Shown: positions 30,968 through 41,521, counted from the first letter of the stretch. The stretch: DNA of 64,000 nt from an uncultured virus (IMG/VR IMGVR_UViG_3300044858_002168) (IMGVR_UViG_3300044858_002168:1-64000), one strand, 5' to 3'. The notes: generated from the letters alone by a model not told the origin. Program-made: numbers and translations.

Positions 30968-31910
30968 GGGTTTTTAATTCCTGCAATGCTTTTTGTATTG
31001 AGTCTTCATTTAAGTTCAATACATAGCGTAAGTACTCGCACACTTCTTCACTCAGTGTTAGTTCTGGAGATAAAATAAGTGCTGTATCAGTTTCACGTTT
31101 GACAATCTTTTTGTCTATCAAACTGCTGTCTTCTACACCACTCAATTCACTCATGTCGCCTTCTACCTCGTAGACAGTGTGGTGATAGTCTGTGGCAACC
31201 ATGGCTTCGCCAGCCCTGACTGTTTTACGGATCAGTTGTGGTACCTCTAACTTCTTCCAAACATGCTCCAAAGTATCAGAATCCACAACAATAACGCCGG
31301 TGTCGACAAGACCGCGATGAAAACTAGTGGTAACGGGACTACCAGGGTAAAGAATATTACGCTGGCAATTGTCATAACTGTGAAGATCACCGGCGAGAAC
31401 CAGACTCCAGCGGTCAAAGATTTCCAGAGGTACTTCGGGTTTAACATGTGGTGGTATCTCTCCTCTTACGTGGGTGCACAGTATACGATTGTGTAGGCTA
31501 ACAAAAGTATTATCTGGATCTTTTTCCCACTCTTTGAGCTTGTTGTATGGTATAATATCTACTACTCCATTACTCCAGTAGTCGTCTACAACAGTCACCA
31601 ATTCATTGATCTTGTTGGTAGCGCCTTTGAGATTGGTTAAAAAAGTAGTATTACGTTTGACTGCTTCGTGATTGCCGCTGTAGATGTACGTGGGAATGCT
31701 GCAGCTGGCCACAAAGTCAAAGTAGACTTCTAGCTCTTCCATGGACGGTAGCTTGTCAAATATGTCACCACCCACAATCATGATATCACACTCTTTTTGA
31801 ATCTCCCACAGCTGATCCATCAAGACTTCATATCGATTGCGTGCCCATTCAACAGGGACATTTTTCTGGCCAAGCTTAATGTGAATATCTGCTATAAATA
31901 GTATCTTCAT
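30948..31910 (-). CDS. D12: SbcD/Mre11-like nuclease (T5 D12-like)
   Basis: ADIH, GGDIFD, SGNHE, GDLH, YPGSP. Confidence 0.92.
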   Translation of the reverse strand: MKILFIADIHIKLGQKNVPVEWARNRYEVLMDQLWEIQKECDIMIVGGDIFDKLPSMEELEVYFDFVASCSIPTYIYSGNHEAVKRNTTFLTNLKGATNKINELVTVVDDYWSNGVVDIIPYNKLKEWEKDPDNTFVSLHNRILCTHVRGEIPPHVKPEVPLEIFDRWSLVLAGDLHSYDNCQRNILYPGSPVTTSFHRGLVDTGVIVVDSDTLEHVWKKLEVPQLIRKTVRAGEAMVATDYHHTVYEVEGDMSELSGVEDSSLIDKKIVKRETDTALILSPELTLSEEVCEYLRYVLNLNEDSIQKALQELKTHEHRIN

Positions 31911-31924
31911 AACACCTCAGTGAG

Positions 31925-31961
31925 AAAAGCCCCTAAGAGTTGTAGTTCTTAGGGGCTTTTT
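31925..31961 (-). terminator. Intrinsic terminator
   Basis: aaaagcccctaaga...tcttaggggctttt. Confidence 0.85.
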
Positions 31962-31963
31962 AA

Positions 31964-32602
31964 TTAACCTAGTTCTTTGATAGACTCTGGGTCTACACCG
32001 TCTTCACCATCACTAGCAGCGCCTGCTACAATCTTTTCGAGAGCGGCTTTTACTTCTTCTGGAGAAGGACGTGGGAACTTTGAATCAATGTTTTCCGCTC
32101 CTTCGGCCAAGGCCCTTTCATCTGGTGTCAGTGCACGAACCTTGCACTTCAACACACTTAAATTGTACTCTACATTGAATGGTAGAGGGCCGGTCTTGGT
32201 ACGCTTGAATACAACATCCCAACCACCATCATAATCAGTCGGGTCGCCCAAATCTTCTGCTGCATTGATGATTTGCTCAAACAGCTTCTTTTTCAGGTTT
32301 AGTGCCTTGACCTTGCCGTCTTTGGGATCGATGCAATTGATTGAGTACGCCCAGCTGCACTTCTTGTCAGAGAAGTAGCTCGGTACGTGGTCTACTTCCA
32401 CATTTGTAAACTTTTCCTTTTCACGATCAAAGGCCAAGCACTCGATAGGGATGTCTTTGTTGTTGGTACCCTTTAGCCAGTACACATATCGTGGTAGGAC
32501 CCCGCCGATAAGACGAACAGTATTGTCACCGTCTTTGTACTCATAAGCCTCTACAGACTTCTTAACTGCCTTGCCTTTTGTTTCGCCAAATTTTAGAGCC
32601 AT
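31964..32602 (-). CDS. D11: ssDNA-binding protein (T5 D11-like)
   Basis: VRLIGGVLPRYVYW...LKKKLFEQI...GDPTD, acidic C-terminus; T5 synteny. Confidence 0.85.
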   Translation of the reverse strand: MALKFGETKGKAVKKSVEAYEYKDGDNTVRLIGGVLPRYVYWLKGTNNKDIPIECLAFDREKEKFTNVEVDHVPSYFSDKKCSWAYSINCIDPKDGKVKALNLKKKLFEQIINAAEDLGDPTDYDGGWDVVFKRTKTGPLPFNVEYNLSVLKCKVRALTPDERALAEGAENIDSKFPRPSPEEVKAALEKIVAGAASDGEDGVDPESIKELG

Positions 32603-32987
32603 TGTAAATTTCCTCGTATTTGAATTTGATTAGATTGGTTTCAATAATTAATAATGGATTGTTTTTTATTTTATCTATTAAAAGATCTGGAAAAAATGAT
32701 CTGTCTAGTGTTATCACACCGTATGTTTTATATAGGAACCAGTCACGACGTCCTGCCAATCGCACGTATTGCGTTCTATAACCAGGGTCAATGTTTTCTA
32801 GGTTCAATACTGGATCTGGATTCAGTAAGTAACTGGTGCCTTTTAACGATGTTTTACTAGGTTTATATTTAGATTTAGAGCTAGAGGGGATGCTGCCACG
32901 GTGATGATAGGTAAGCAGTGCTAAGAATTTATCGGGGTCACCTGCAGCTTCCCTCTCCAAGACCTCTAAGTTAAAAAATAAAGCCAT
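32562..32987 (-). CDS. Conserved T5-like hypothetical protein
   Basis: 141-aa ORF between D10 and D11 homologs, own promoter. Confidence 0.7.
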   Translation of the reverse strand: MALFFNLEVLEREAAGDPDKFLALLTYHHRGSIPSSSKSKYKPSKTSLKGTSYLLNPDPVLNLENIDPGYRTQYVRLAGRRDWFLYKTYGVITLDRSFFPDLLIDKIKNNPLLIIETNLIKFKYEEIYNGSKIWRNKRQGS

Positions 32988-33007
32988 TATCTGCCTTAAG
33001 AAATACT

Positions 33008-33036
33008 ATTATAGCATTTATGATTTATTGTGGCAA
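33008..33036 (-). promoter_or_regulatory. Sigma70-type promoter
   Basis: TTGCCA-17-TATAAT with upstream AAATTTT. Confidence 0.75.
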
Positions 33037-33054
33037 GTCAAAATTTATCTTGCC

Positions 33055-34368
33055 TTACAATCTTTCTACTGTCCAGCCCTTGTCCATGTAAAAACCCAAT
33101 CGCAGTGCGGCTTGACGTTTTTCTGGTCCACTAGCAAATGCTATGTCTAGTACAATAGGATCTGGTTTATTTGGGTGTAGTCTCATGACTCGCCCAATTA
33201 TTTGTTCTAAGCTGATGGGATTGGAGGTAGGTACTGCCAATATAACACAACTCAGTCTGTTAATGGAGATTCCTTCTGAGAAGATTTGACGGCTTCCAGC
33301 AACACACATTTTTGTTTCACTTTCGAGTTCTTCAATGATGTGTTTGCGTTGTTCATATGTTGTGGAGCCTGTAACAAGCGCGCAAGTTTCTTTTCCAATC
33401 TTGTTTCTCACTTTCTCCAAAAACTCAGTTCGGTCAGCCACTATCAACACACTGTGTCCATGGCCTATCTGGATTGCTGCCATGGCTGCTACAAAGTTTT
33501 GATAGTCCTCACTGTAGAGTAGATCGTTGATCTTTTCTACCCAGGTTCCATCATTTTTTAAGTGCAGTCCTGTGTTTACAATCTTTACCGTTGGGTTCAG
33601 TGTATGACTTTGTGGAGGTCTGTAAATCTTGTCACCAAAGTAGTCACGAAACACAACGTGTTTGCCATCTGTACGTTCCATTGTACCACTTAAAGCAATA
33701 CGATATCGGCTATACATACCATCTATCAATTGCCCAAAAGTTTCAGCAGGTACGTGGTGAGCTTCGTCTAGTATGATGGTACCAAACTCCTTACTCAAGA
33801 CTGCTATGTGCTTGATGACAGTTTGAATGTTGCCGATGACAATAAAGTGATCTTCAATATCAAAGTCACCACTGCCAATGATTCCAGGCGTCAAGCCGTA
33901 AAGACTTTGTACTTCGCCTATCCACTGATCACGCAAAAAGGTATTGTGAGTGATTACCAGTGTTTTTTGACCAAACTTGCGAGCCAAGTGTAAGGCAGTA
34001 AATGTTTTACCCCAACCCACTAGTGCGTTTATGAAACAGGTATCCTCAACCTGATCGTACACTGGTTGTTGACTGTCTCGTAGCTGAAACCGTGGATTTG
34101 GGAAGGGTACTTCGTGAGTGACCCTTTTATCTACGATTTCATACTCTGGTGGTATCAGGTCCCATCGACCCTGAGGAATACTCACTATGTCTCGTGGCAG
34201 AATCTTGTAGTTTTTAATGGTTTCAATCTTCTTGGTTTTGCCCTTTTGACCAGCTCTGGTTTCGATCCGGTATGTAAGGCTATCTATCAACTGCTTTAGG
34301 TGTTCGTGGTTTTTTGGTTTTAAGTATATTCGATTGCTAACAATTGCTTTTGGTTTTTCTGCTGTCAT
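33055..34368 (-). CDS. D10: SF2 helicase (T5 D10-like)
   Basis: GWGKT, DEAHH, LSGT, QIIGRVMR. Confidence 0.9.
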   Translation of the reverse strand: MTAEKPKAIVSNRIYLKPKNHEHLKQLIDSLTYRIETRAGQKGKTKKIETIKNYKILPRDIVSIPQGRWDLIPPEYEIVDKRVTHEVPFPNPRFQLRDSQQPVYDQVEDTCFINALVGWGKTFTALHLARKFGQKTLVITHNTFLRDQWIGEVQSLYGLTPGIIGSGDFDIEDHFIVIGNIQTVIKHIAVLSKEFGTIILDEAHHVPAETFGQLIDGMYSRYRIALSGTMERTDGKHVVFRDYFGDKIYRPPQSHTLNPTVKIVNTGLHLKNDGTWVEKINDLLYSEDYQNFVAAMAAIQIGHGHSVLIVADRTEFLEKVRNKIGKETCALVTGSTTYEQRKHIIEELESETKMCVAGSRQIFSEGISINRLSCVILAVPTSNPISLEQIIGRVMRLHPNKPDPIVLDIAFASGPEKRQAALRLGFYMDKGWTVERL

Positions 34369-34901
34369 ACCATTCTTACTGTGTCGGTCAGTTTGTCTGG
34401 ATACAGTCCGTATAACAAGTACCCTGTACCCACCAATAACAATCCGGCATATTTACAGTCTTGGTTTGGCGCGTGCAAAACTTTGAATCTGGTTCCAACG
34501 CCCTGTACTTCTACAATGGCACCGCCTGTTTTGATAGGAATGATCTGACTGATACTCTTGAACACAAGAGGCACCCTTTTGGTCTTACGGTACTCAAAAA
34601 CATACCCGGTACTATCAATAAACCAAGTGCCACCCTTGCTTAACTTGATCATGTCGCCTAGAAAAAACACTGCATGTCTCAGCTTTGCCAAGGCCACGCC
34701 ACTGTTCTTCAATTGCAGCCTTCTCATGGCAAGACTGTTGCCTGGTGTACTGGTATCGTCAACTACTAGGGTCTTGGTTTCTACCTCACCATCTTTGTGG
34801 TGAGTTTCGTAGTGGTAATACCAACGTGTGCCTTCACGATTGGGCTTGTCATGACCCAAGTGATAGATTGGAAACTGGATCTGATTAAGCATTTTTAACA
34901 A
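34365..34901 (-). CDS. Conserved T5-like hypothetical protein
   Basis: Between polymerase and D10; VVDD...RRLQL motif. Confidence 0.7.
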   Translation of the reverse strand: MLKMLNQIQFPIYHLGHDKPNREGTRWYYHYETHHKDGEVETKTLVVDDTSTPGNSLAMRRLQLKNSGVALAKLRHAVFFLGDMIKLSKGGTWFIDSTGYVFEYRKTKRVPLVFKSISQIIPIKTGGAIVEVQGVGTRFKVLHAPNQDCKYAGLLLVGTGYLLYGLYPDKLTDTVRMV

Positions 34902-37176
34902 GAATTCCGTTTTCTAGTGTGTAGTGTTCTTCGAACTTGTCAAAGCTGTAGTCTTGGCCCACATCTTGATCTACGCCAATAGGTGATCCCAGGATGCTGC
35001 AGCCGCGGTCTTTTTGTGTGTTAAGTTTCAAGATTTCACAGTAAGTTTCTACGTGTTCGTCTTTTACCAGTGCTACAATGCTGTCGTGTACCAACATAAA
35101 GATTTTAGCGTCTAAGTTGATGTTATTGCAAAAATCCTGAGTGTCCATCGCCCCCAATAGATTTACGTCTGAGGCTAGGCTTTGTACTTCCGCGTTAATT
35201 CCCGAACGTACTTCATGCGCTGCAATTCCTTTGTCCGCTGAGAATACGTTTGGTAGACGCCTTTTACGGCCAAAGAATGAATATGTATACCCATTAGTCT
35301 CAATGAATGTCTTTCGCTGATCCAGCCAAGTCTTGAGCTTCTTGAAGCGAGTAAAATACTGGCTAATGTCGTCTTTTGCTTGGGAGATAGGGTAGGATTC
35401 TCCAGTTGCTTTCGTAACCGACTGGCTAACCTTTGCTGGGCCCGAACCGTATAATATTCCAAAACTGATTGCTTTCGCACTCTGACGTAGAGAGCCATAC
35501 TGTTTCTTAACATCTTCTACCTCACATGGTAAGTTGAATACCATTTTAGCAATACTACTGTGAAAGTCTCCGCCACTGGAGAACACACTTTGTAGGTTCT
35601 TGTCACCACTCAACACAGCAGCATAATACATCTCTGCTGTTGTCAAGTCCTGACTTACAATCTTGTAACCAGTTGGAGCGACAATACATCCTTTAATGAT
35701 AGGATCGTCTCGTGGAATTTGCTGAGCATTAAATTTACCACTGCTAGATAAACGCCCGCTTGTGGTAAAGATAAGATTAAAATTGGTACGAATTCGGCTA
35801 TCACGATCTAACTCCGGTAATATTTTGCTAACATAGCTTGACTGAATCTTAGCAAGCTGGCGTACAGTGAGGATCTGGGCAGGGAGGGGATGCTCTTCAC
35901 TGAGTTCTTCAAGTACTTCAGCATCGGTTGATAGTGCCCCCGTTTTGGTGAGTTTGCCTGTTGGAGTAAGTCCCACATAGTCAAATAACACTGTTCTAAG
36001 CTGTTGAACTGAATTGGGGTTGAAGATCTTGCCACTATCTTTTTCAAATGCTTTAACTTCCTCAAAACTATAAACCTTTTCTTTAGCTTCTAAAATCCAC
36101 TTGTCCAAGTAACCGCCGGCCGCCTCCAATCGTGGCTTGCTCATGGGAATGCCCACCTCTTCCATGTCCATCAAGAACAAGGTGCCACGGATCAACAGAT
36201 TTTGGTACACCCAAGTCAGTTTGGGATTCTTTTGGATCAACGGATGGAACTTTTCGTACAATTCTAGGGTCACAGCAGTGTCGATTGAGGCGTACTTGCT
36301 GATCACATCAAAGGGAATGAGGTCGTAGGTAAAGTCCTCTTCTAGCAGGCCATACTGCTTGCAGTAACTCTTTTTGAAGTCGTCTAGTTCACTGTCGTAG
36401 TCGCCATAGTCGGTGTACTTTAGGGCCAATTGTTTTAAACCGTGACTATCTGTTTCGTCCAGTACATAGTGCATAACCATAGTGTCATGCACTCTGGCTC
36501 TGTTGAAGTCGATGCCTAGATGGTAATAGATCATCTTGTAGTCAAACTTCATGTTGTGAAACACAATGCTGTACTTGTCGACGATCCTGTTGATCAAGTC
36601 CAGGTGCCGGACGTCTAACACATCTGTCAAGATATATCGACCCTGCTTTTTCTTGTAGCTCAAGCTCAAACCCAACACATAACCATCTCGTGGATACAGT
36701 GCAGTTGTTTCCGTGTCTAGTGCAACCACATCTACCGCATTGTCGAACACTTCTTGTAAGTACTCCAGTGCTTCTTCAGAGTCGTTGATGCCCTTAAAGT
36801 CGCCAGTTTGACTACTATTTTTGACGTTGCCTGCTGCATACTGCTTGATCTTGTCTGCTGCACGCTCAAAATCTGGCTTACCCTCTGGCTTAAAAATCAG
36901 CATGGCTGGGTTGGTAATACATACCCACTTATCGTCAATCAACAATCCAGCATAGTTGGTAACACTGCTGACTTTGGCATACTCTTTTGCAGCCTCTGAG
37001 CCTACCAAGATCACTAGGTCAAACGGATCTAACAGACTCCGATCCAAGTCCACATCTTTTTTCAGCAACTTTTGAATTGGTACTGAACTCATGTGAAAAA
37101 CCTCAAACTCAAAGTCAAAGTACTTTGAGTAGTCATTACGACTAGGTGCTTTATCAACTATTGCTATCTTTTTCAC
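34885..37176 (-). CDS. pol: Family A DNA polymerase with 3'-5' exonuclease
   Basis: DTET, HNMKFD, SGRLSS, DLTTAE, RQSAKAISFGILYG, VHDS. Confidence 0.95.
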   Translation of the reverse strand: MKKIAIVDKAPSRNDYSKYFDFEFEVFHMSSVPIQKLLKKDVDLDRSLLDPFDLVILVGSEAAKEYAKVSSVTNYAGLLIDDKWVCITNPAMLIFKPEGKPDFERAADKIKQYAAGNVKNSSQTGDFKGINDSEEALEYLQEVFDNAVDVVALDTETTALYPRDGYVLGLSLSYKKKQGRYILTDVLDVRHLDLINRIVDKYSIVFHNMKFDYKMIYYHLGIDFNRARVHDTMVMHYVLDETDSHGLKQLALKYTDYGDYDSELDDFKKSYCKQYGLLEEDFTYDLIPFDVISKYASIDTAVTLELYEKFHPLIQKNPKLTWVYQNLLIRGTLFLMDMEEVGIPMSKPRLEAAGGYLDKWILEAKEKVYSFEEVKAFEKDSGKIFNPNSVQQLRTVLFDYVGLTPTGKLTKTGALSTDAEVLEELSEEHPLPAQILTVRQLAKIQSSYVSKILPELDRDSRIRTNFNLIFTTSGRLSSSGKFNAQQIPRDDPIIKGCIVAPTGYKIVSQDLTTAEMYYAAVLSGDKNLQSVFSSGGDFHSSIAKMVFNLPCEVEDVKKQYGSLRQSAKAISFGILYGSGPAKVSQSVTKATGESYPISQAKDDISQYFTRFKKLKTWLDQRKTFIETNGYTYSFFGRKRRLPNVFSADKGIAAHEVRSGINAEVQSLASDVNLLGAMDTQDFCNNINLDAKIFMLVHDSIVALVKDEHVETYCEILKLNTQKDRGCSILGSPIGVDQDVGQDYSFDKFEEHYTLENGILVKNA

Positions 37177-38023
37177 TTATGTATTCCTTGATGCTGTCCA
37201 CATACTCTTGGCTCAACTCACCTGGGTCACTGTCTTCTTCTAATACAATCTTTTCAGTTATGTACCCACATTCTTGTAACACAGGTTCCAGTTTGTTCAT
37301 CGCATCCTGTCCTGCTTTATCGCCATCGTACATGAGATATAATTTTACTATGCCCTGAGCTTTCAAACCCAACAGTTTAAGCTCTGGTTCTTTGAACAGA
37401 GTGTTTGTTCCAAAGGTACAGCATACGTTGTGCAACCCCTTGTCGTACAGGTTCAGCATGTCAAATATGCCTTCTACTAACACTGCACTGGTATATCGTT
37501 CGGGGAACACCTCTGGGTAGATTGGCATTGTTACACCACGAGGATAGTTCAAGTAACGCGGGTTGCCGTCACTCATCATGTGGCGGCCTACGTATACCAT
37601 GTTTTTACCACGAATGTCACGAATGGGAAACCAGATTCTGTCAGTTAATTCACTGCCACTGTTGACGTAAAAGGAATCGAACTCTTTTAAGGTTTTAACA
37701 CTGATACCTCGAAAAGACTTTGTCATTGGAACAAAGGCCTCTGGAAACTCCACTCCGTTGAAGTTTAGGTTTAACTCTTTTAACTTTTCTTTTAGTTTTG
37801 CCACTTTGATACTAGTAAAATTACCTACTACGCCAAAGTGTTTGAATATGTTTGTTTTAAACCCACAGCTAAAACAATGACTGACTCCAGTGATGCGATC
37901 TACTCTGAAACTGGGGTTGCTGTCGTCATGCTCAGGATTGAGACAGCGTATAAGGTAATCCCTGCCACTCACTGTGAAACTGATGTTTTGTTTATTTAGT
38001 AGGTCTAGTACGTGGTCCGTCAT
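37154..38023 (-). CDS. pri: DNA primase
   Basis: CLNPEHDD...CFSC zinc finger; VEGIFD, DGD TOPRIM. Confidence 0.92.
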   Translation of the reverse strand: MTDHVLDLLNKQNISFTVSGRDYLIRCLNPEHDDSNPSFRVDRITGVSHCFSCGFKTNIFKHFGVVGNFTSIKVAKLKEKLKELNLNFNGVEFPEAFVPMTKSFRGISVKTLKEFDSFYVNSGSELTDRIWFPIRDIRGKNMVYVGRHMMSDGNPRYLNYPRGVTMPIYPEVFPERYTSAVLVEGIFDMLNLYDKGLHNVCCTFGTNTLFKEPELKLLGLKAQGIVKLYLMYDGDKAGQDAMNKLEPVLQECGYITEKIVLEEDSDPGELSQEYVDSIKEYISEKDSNS

Positions 38024-38216
38024 ATATGCGTTTTTCCCAGTTGTATCCTGCTTCGGCCCGTTTAACTACGCGTTCCAACTTTAGTTTAATACCTACAAGT
38101 TCTTTGTATTCTCTCAATGAGCCAACGTAGTTTGCAAGACTAAACTTACCCAGAACTATACTCATTAACTCATTGGCTTCTTTTAAGTTTTTAAGTTGCT
38201 TTTCTTTGTAGTTCAT
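37992..38216 (-). CDS. Hypothetical protein
   Basis: Short ORF coupled (ATGA) to the helicase stop. Confidence 0.55.
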   Translation of the reverse strand: MNYKEKQLKNLKEANELMSIVLGKFSLANYVGSLREYKELVGIKLKLERVVKRAEAGYNWEKRIYDGPRTRPTK

Positions 38217-39598
38217 ATGTTCCAAGGAATATCACTGTCGCTGTCGTCTTGCTTTGCTGCTTCTTTCTTTTTCGAAGCTCTCTTGACGGTTTCTTTTTTC
38301 TCAGGGGCTTCAATCTCATGAGGGCTGATGCGCAAGCTATCCCAGTTGATTGGTGATGTAAAAGTCATTTCACGACCGCCACGAATCTTTGTGGTAGAGA
38401 AGGTGAGTGCACCCTTGTCTTTTTCATGAGCCTCCATTACCAAAGCAATGTCAGCAGCATCAAGAATGCCCTTGGCAAACCGTGCCTCACCACTTGCATC
38501 AATCTGATAAGGGCTAACCATAACAAGATCGTATTTTCTACCCAATTCTTTCAACTTTTTAGAGATTACAATCTGTGGCTGCCAATCAAACTGGCTGGCT
38601 CCTTCAACTACAATCTGGTTCAAGTAGTCTACTACTGCCACTGTAAACTTGTCACCAAACTTGGCTTTCAATTTACCCAAGTGTAAGTCTAGACTGGTCA
38701 GGGTCAGTGCACGGTCATCAATGATAATCATTTGATTGTCAGGCTTCAATCGCTTTTCACGTACTAAAGCCTGCTCAAATTTGATCTTGTCTCGGTGAGC
38801 TTTGAAAGCTTCTACCAGGTCATCACTGTCTTGAAACATCGCCGCTCTGGCTTTGACAACCTTTAACAGTTCTTCTTCTGTTAAACGATTTTGTTTCAAG
38901 TTTTGATGACTCACATCAGCCAAGATGCTCAAGTTACGTTCGAGCACCTCGTGTGCAATCATTTCAATACTGAAGATAACACTTGTATTACCAGACTCGT
39001 ACTGGTTAACAGCAATATTGCTGCTGCAAATAGACTTGCCGCTACCTCTCTTACCGCCAATGAGAACGAGCTCCTGCCTTGCAACACCAGCGAGGGTAGC
39101 ATCGAAAGTATTGTTAAAACCAAGGTGTATACGGTCACGGGCTAGTTCCTCTGCATTCTTGAACAACATAATGTCTGCCATGTTGTAGACGCCCTCTGTG
39201 GTGAGAGTCTTGTCATCCAACGTCAACACCATTGCAGCCAGGTTTTCCTTGATTTCCTGTGTGTCGTAGACTGGCAGTTTGTCTATAAACTTATCTAGTA
39301 GTTTGATTGTTTCGTTTTGTGTGTATTGGTCTATTAAGGCATTTAAGGCTACTTCAGAACTAATGTCAGGATTGTCGGCCAGTTTGAGCGTGGCCAACGT
39401 TCTGAGAGCAGGACCTTCTCGTAATGTGAGTTCTAACTCATCAAAAGAAGGAATTGCACTGTAATTATCGTAGTACTTCTTAACTGCGCTATACAGACTT
39501 GAAAAAGCTGGATCCAGAAAGACGAGCTTTAACCTGGACCAAATGTCCAAGCTCCTTTCTGTCAACAACTTGTTTAAGACAATAGCACTACAATCCAT
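38213..39598 (-). CDS. DnaB-like replicative helicase (T5 D6-like)
   Basis: GGKRGSGKS, FSIEM, VVDYLN, SPYQ. Confidence 0.9.
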   Translation of the reverse strand: MDCSAIVLNKLLTERSLDIWSRLKLVFLDPAFSSLYSAVKKYYDNYSAIPSFDELELTLREGPALRTLATLKLADNPDISSEVALNALIDQYTQNETIKLLDKFIDKLPVYDTQEIKENLAAMVLTLDDKTLTTEGVYNMADIMLFKNAEELARDRIHLGFNNTFDATLAGVARQELVLIGGKRGSGKSICSSNIAVNQYESGNTSVIFSIEMIAHEVLERNLSILADVSHQNLKQNRLTEEELLKVVKARAAMFQDSDDLVEAFKAHRDKIKFEQALVREKRLKPDNQMIIIDDRALTLTSLDLHLGKLKAKFGDKFTVAVVDYLNQIVVEGASQFDWQPQIVISKKLKELGRKYDLVMVSPYQIDASGEARFAKGILDAADIALVMEAHEKDKGALTFSTTKIRGGREMTFTSPINWDSLRISPHEIEAPEKKETVKRASKKKEAAKQDDSDSDIPWNI

Positions 39599-39897
39599 TA
39601 TACTACTCGAGATTCGTTATCGATAATTACTTGATCAATTATTTCTTCTACTTTATACAATACGTCGCTGCGAAGCTTTTTAATGTCTTGCTGATAGTTG
39701 TCACCACTATCATACAACAAACTCAACTGTTCATGTGTAGTCAACTGTTGCAGTCCAAAGTAAATCATGTCGTACGCCATTGTACTTTCAGGCGTTACTT
39801 CTACTTTGCAAGCCTTGCCATAGTTATGCGTTGCTTGGCGCACCACTTCTTCAACGGTCAGGCTGTCGTTATCATGATACGTTATTGTTACCTTCAT
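39598..39897 (-). CDS. Hypothetical protein
   Basis: ATG (MKVTITY) after GGAG. Confidence 0.65.
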   Translation of the reverse strand: MKVTITYHDNDSLTVEEVVRQATHNYGKACKVEVTPESTMAYDMIYFGLQQLTTHEQLSLLYDSGDNYQQDIKKLRSDVLYKVEEIIDQVIIDNESRVV

Positions 39898-39910
39898 GAT
39901 TCTCCAGTGC

Positions 39911-39943
39911 AAAAAGGGATAGAGTTTTTAGTCTCTATCCCTT
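39911..39943 (-). terminator. Intrinsic terminator
   Basis: aagggatagag...ctctatccctt with U-tract on the minus strand. Confidence 0.75.
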
Positions 39944-39962
39944 GTATATAAAACTGCTGTGT

Positions 39963-40712
39963 TTAAGCAGCTACGGCCTTGGCTTCAGCCTTGGCCTTCT
40001 TTGCTTGACCGTCATAGTCAGCAACCTTGATGCCACGACGGGTTAGGAGCGTCTTGATGCCACGCTCTGTCTTGTCTGCTGCGGCTGCGATTTCTGCAAC
40101 AGTCATGGTAACAACCTTGTCACCCAGAGCACTCACGGGATCAACCGTGTTCTGTGCATGGCTTTCACGCTGAGCAGGGATCTTTTCGATCTGACCGTTG
40201 CGTGTCAGGCTCAGTGCCTTGCCGCGTACGCTTGCAATGCTCTTGTTCAATGCGACAGCAATGTCTTCGATGAACTTGCCAGCCTGTACCATAGTCACAA
40301 ACTTGGTTTCTTCGGCCTCGCTGTAGGTACGCGCAGCTTCTACCTTTTCAGCAGGCTTTACTGAACCCGTTAGTTCTAGGGCTAACAGCTTGCCCTGAAT
40401 TTGCTTGGCAGTGAACTTGCCATCAGCAAAACGCTCTGCGATTTCCTTGTAGGTCAGTGCGCCAGCCTTGCGAGCAACAAATTCCTTCAATGAGTTTGTT
40501 TCGCCTTCAGTAAATGCACTGGTCTTTTCCTTGGCCATGGAAGCTACTTCGCGGTCAAGTTGACGTAGCTTGCTTGCCACTGAACGAGTACTGAAATCTA
40601 GTTCAGCAGCGGCTTGTTCTACCTTGGCTACGCTAACTGGGCTGGCCGTACCTACAATGCTTAGTAGACGCGCAACAGCCTCATCTGACCACTTCTTTGC
40701 TTTTTCTGTCAT
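39963..40712 (-). CDS. D5: DNA-binding protein (T5 D5-like)
   Basis: Repeated HTH-like units; RSVASKLR, QIQGKLLALELT, LTRRGI..ADYDG. Confidence 0.88.
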   Translation of the reverse strand: MTEKAKKWSDEAVARLLSIVGTASPVSVAKVEQAAAELDFSTRSVASKLRQLDREVASMAKEKTSAFTEGETNSLKEFVARKAGALTYKEIAERFADGKFTAKQIQGKLLALELTGSVKPAEKVEAARTYSEAEETKFVTMVQAGKFIEDIAVALNKSIASVRGKALSLTRNGQIEKIPAQRESHAQNTVDPVSALGDKVVTMTVAEIAAAADKTERGIKTLLTRRGIKVADYDGQAKKAKAEAKAVAA

Positions 40713-40714
40713 GT

Positions 40715-41467
40715 TTATGCTTTCTTTAAAAATTGAGTTAAATTGTCAACGATTGTTATACCGTATTGTTCTGCTTTTTTACGCTTAGAACTGTTGTCAT
40801 TAGCTTCGTCTACCAAGTAACTCAGTGTTTTTGTAACACTGTCAACTACTTTGTACCCGGCTGTGACCAGTGCTTCACTGGCCTCACTCTTGGTCTTAAA
40901 CGAAGTCAATTTACCTGTGATACAAACAGTTGGTCCGCTTGTACTGTGGGTAACTTGAACGTTGGAACGGAAAGAGAACGGTAAAAACTCCTTCAATTCC
41001 TTGTATTCTGTTTCTAGCCAATCCATCAAATTGCTTGTGGCTTTGTCTCCCAATCCTGCTTGTTTACACTTTTCGTGGTCGATTTCGTCAATGTGGGCCA
41101 CAGCACCAGCAATCTTGTTGCTGGCTGTGGTTCCAATCAGTGGAATGGAAAAACTACTCAACACTGTTGCCAAGTCAGCACCCCTGGCTTTATCAATCTC
41201 ACCCAATAGTTTGATGGCCACCTTTGTGCTGCCCAGTGCCTCGACCAATTGATCTTGTTCTAGGTAAAAGATTTCTGTCAAGTCGCTCAGTTGAAGCTTC
41301 TCCACAGTTTTAGGGCCAAAACCCTTGATGCCCAGTGTCTTACAAAAGTGTTCTACTTTTGAGTATAACTGAGCACTGCAACCAACATTGCGACAAAACA
41401 GTTGGTCGTTGACTTGTTGGAGTGTGTAGTCACAGCAGGGGCAGTTGGTTGGAATGAGGATCTTCAT
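40715..41467 (-). CDS. ligB: NAD-dependent DNA ligase subunit B (Zn finger, HhH, BRCT)
   Basis: PTNCPCC...FCRNVGC, GIKGFG, CITGKL BRCT. Confidence 0.9.
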   Translation of the reverse strand: MKILIPTNCPCCDYTLQQVNDQLFCRNVGCSAQLYSKVEHFCKTLGIKGFGPKTVEKLQLSDLTEIFYLEQDQLVEALGSTKVAIKLLGEIDKARGADLATVLSSFSIPLIGTTASNKIAGAVAHIDEIDHEKCKQAGLGDKATSNLMDWLETEYKELKEFLPFSFRSNVQVTHSTSGPTVCITGKLTSFKTKSEASEALVTAGYKVVDSVTKTLSYLVDEANDNSSKRKKAEQYGITIVDNLTQFLKKA

Positions 41468-41492
41468 GGCTTTTTAACTATTTAGAACAGTA

Positions 41493-41521
41493 ATTATAGC
41501 TTGTTTGATAGCTGTATGCAA
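41493..41521 (-). promoter_or_regulatory. Sigma70-type promoter
   Basis: TTGCAT-17-TATAAT. Confidence 0.75.

Noticed and set aside
25172..37176. Inteins, introns or stop-codon recoding in core genes
   Set aside because: The genes have normal lengths under the standard code, and no suppressor tRNA was found.
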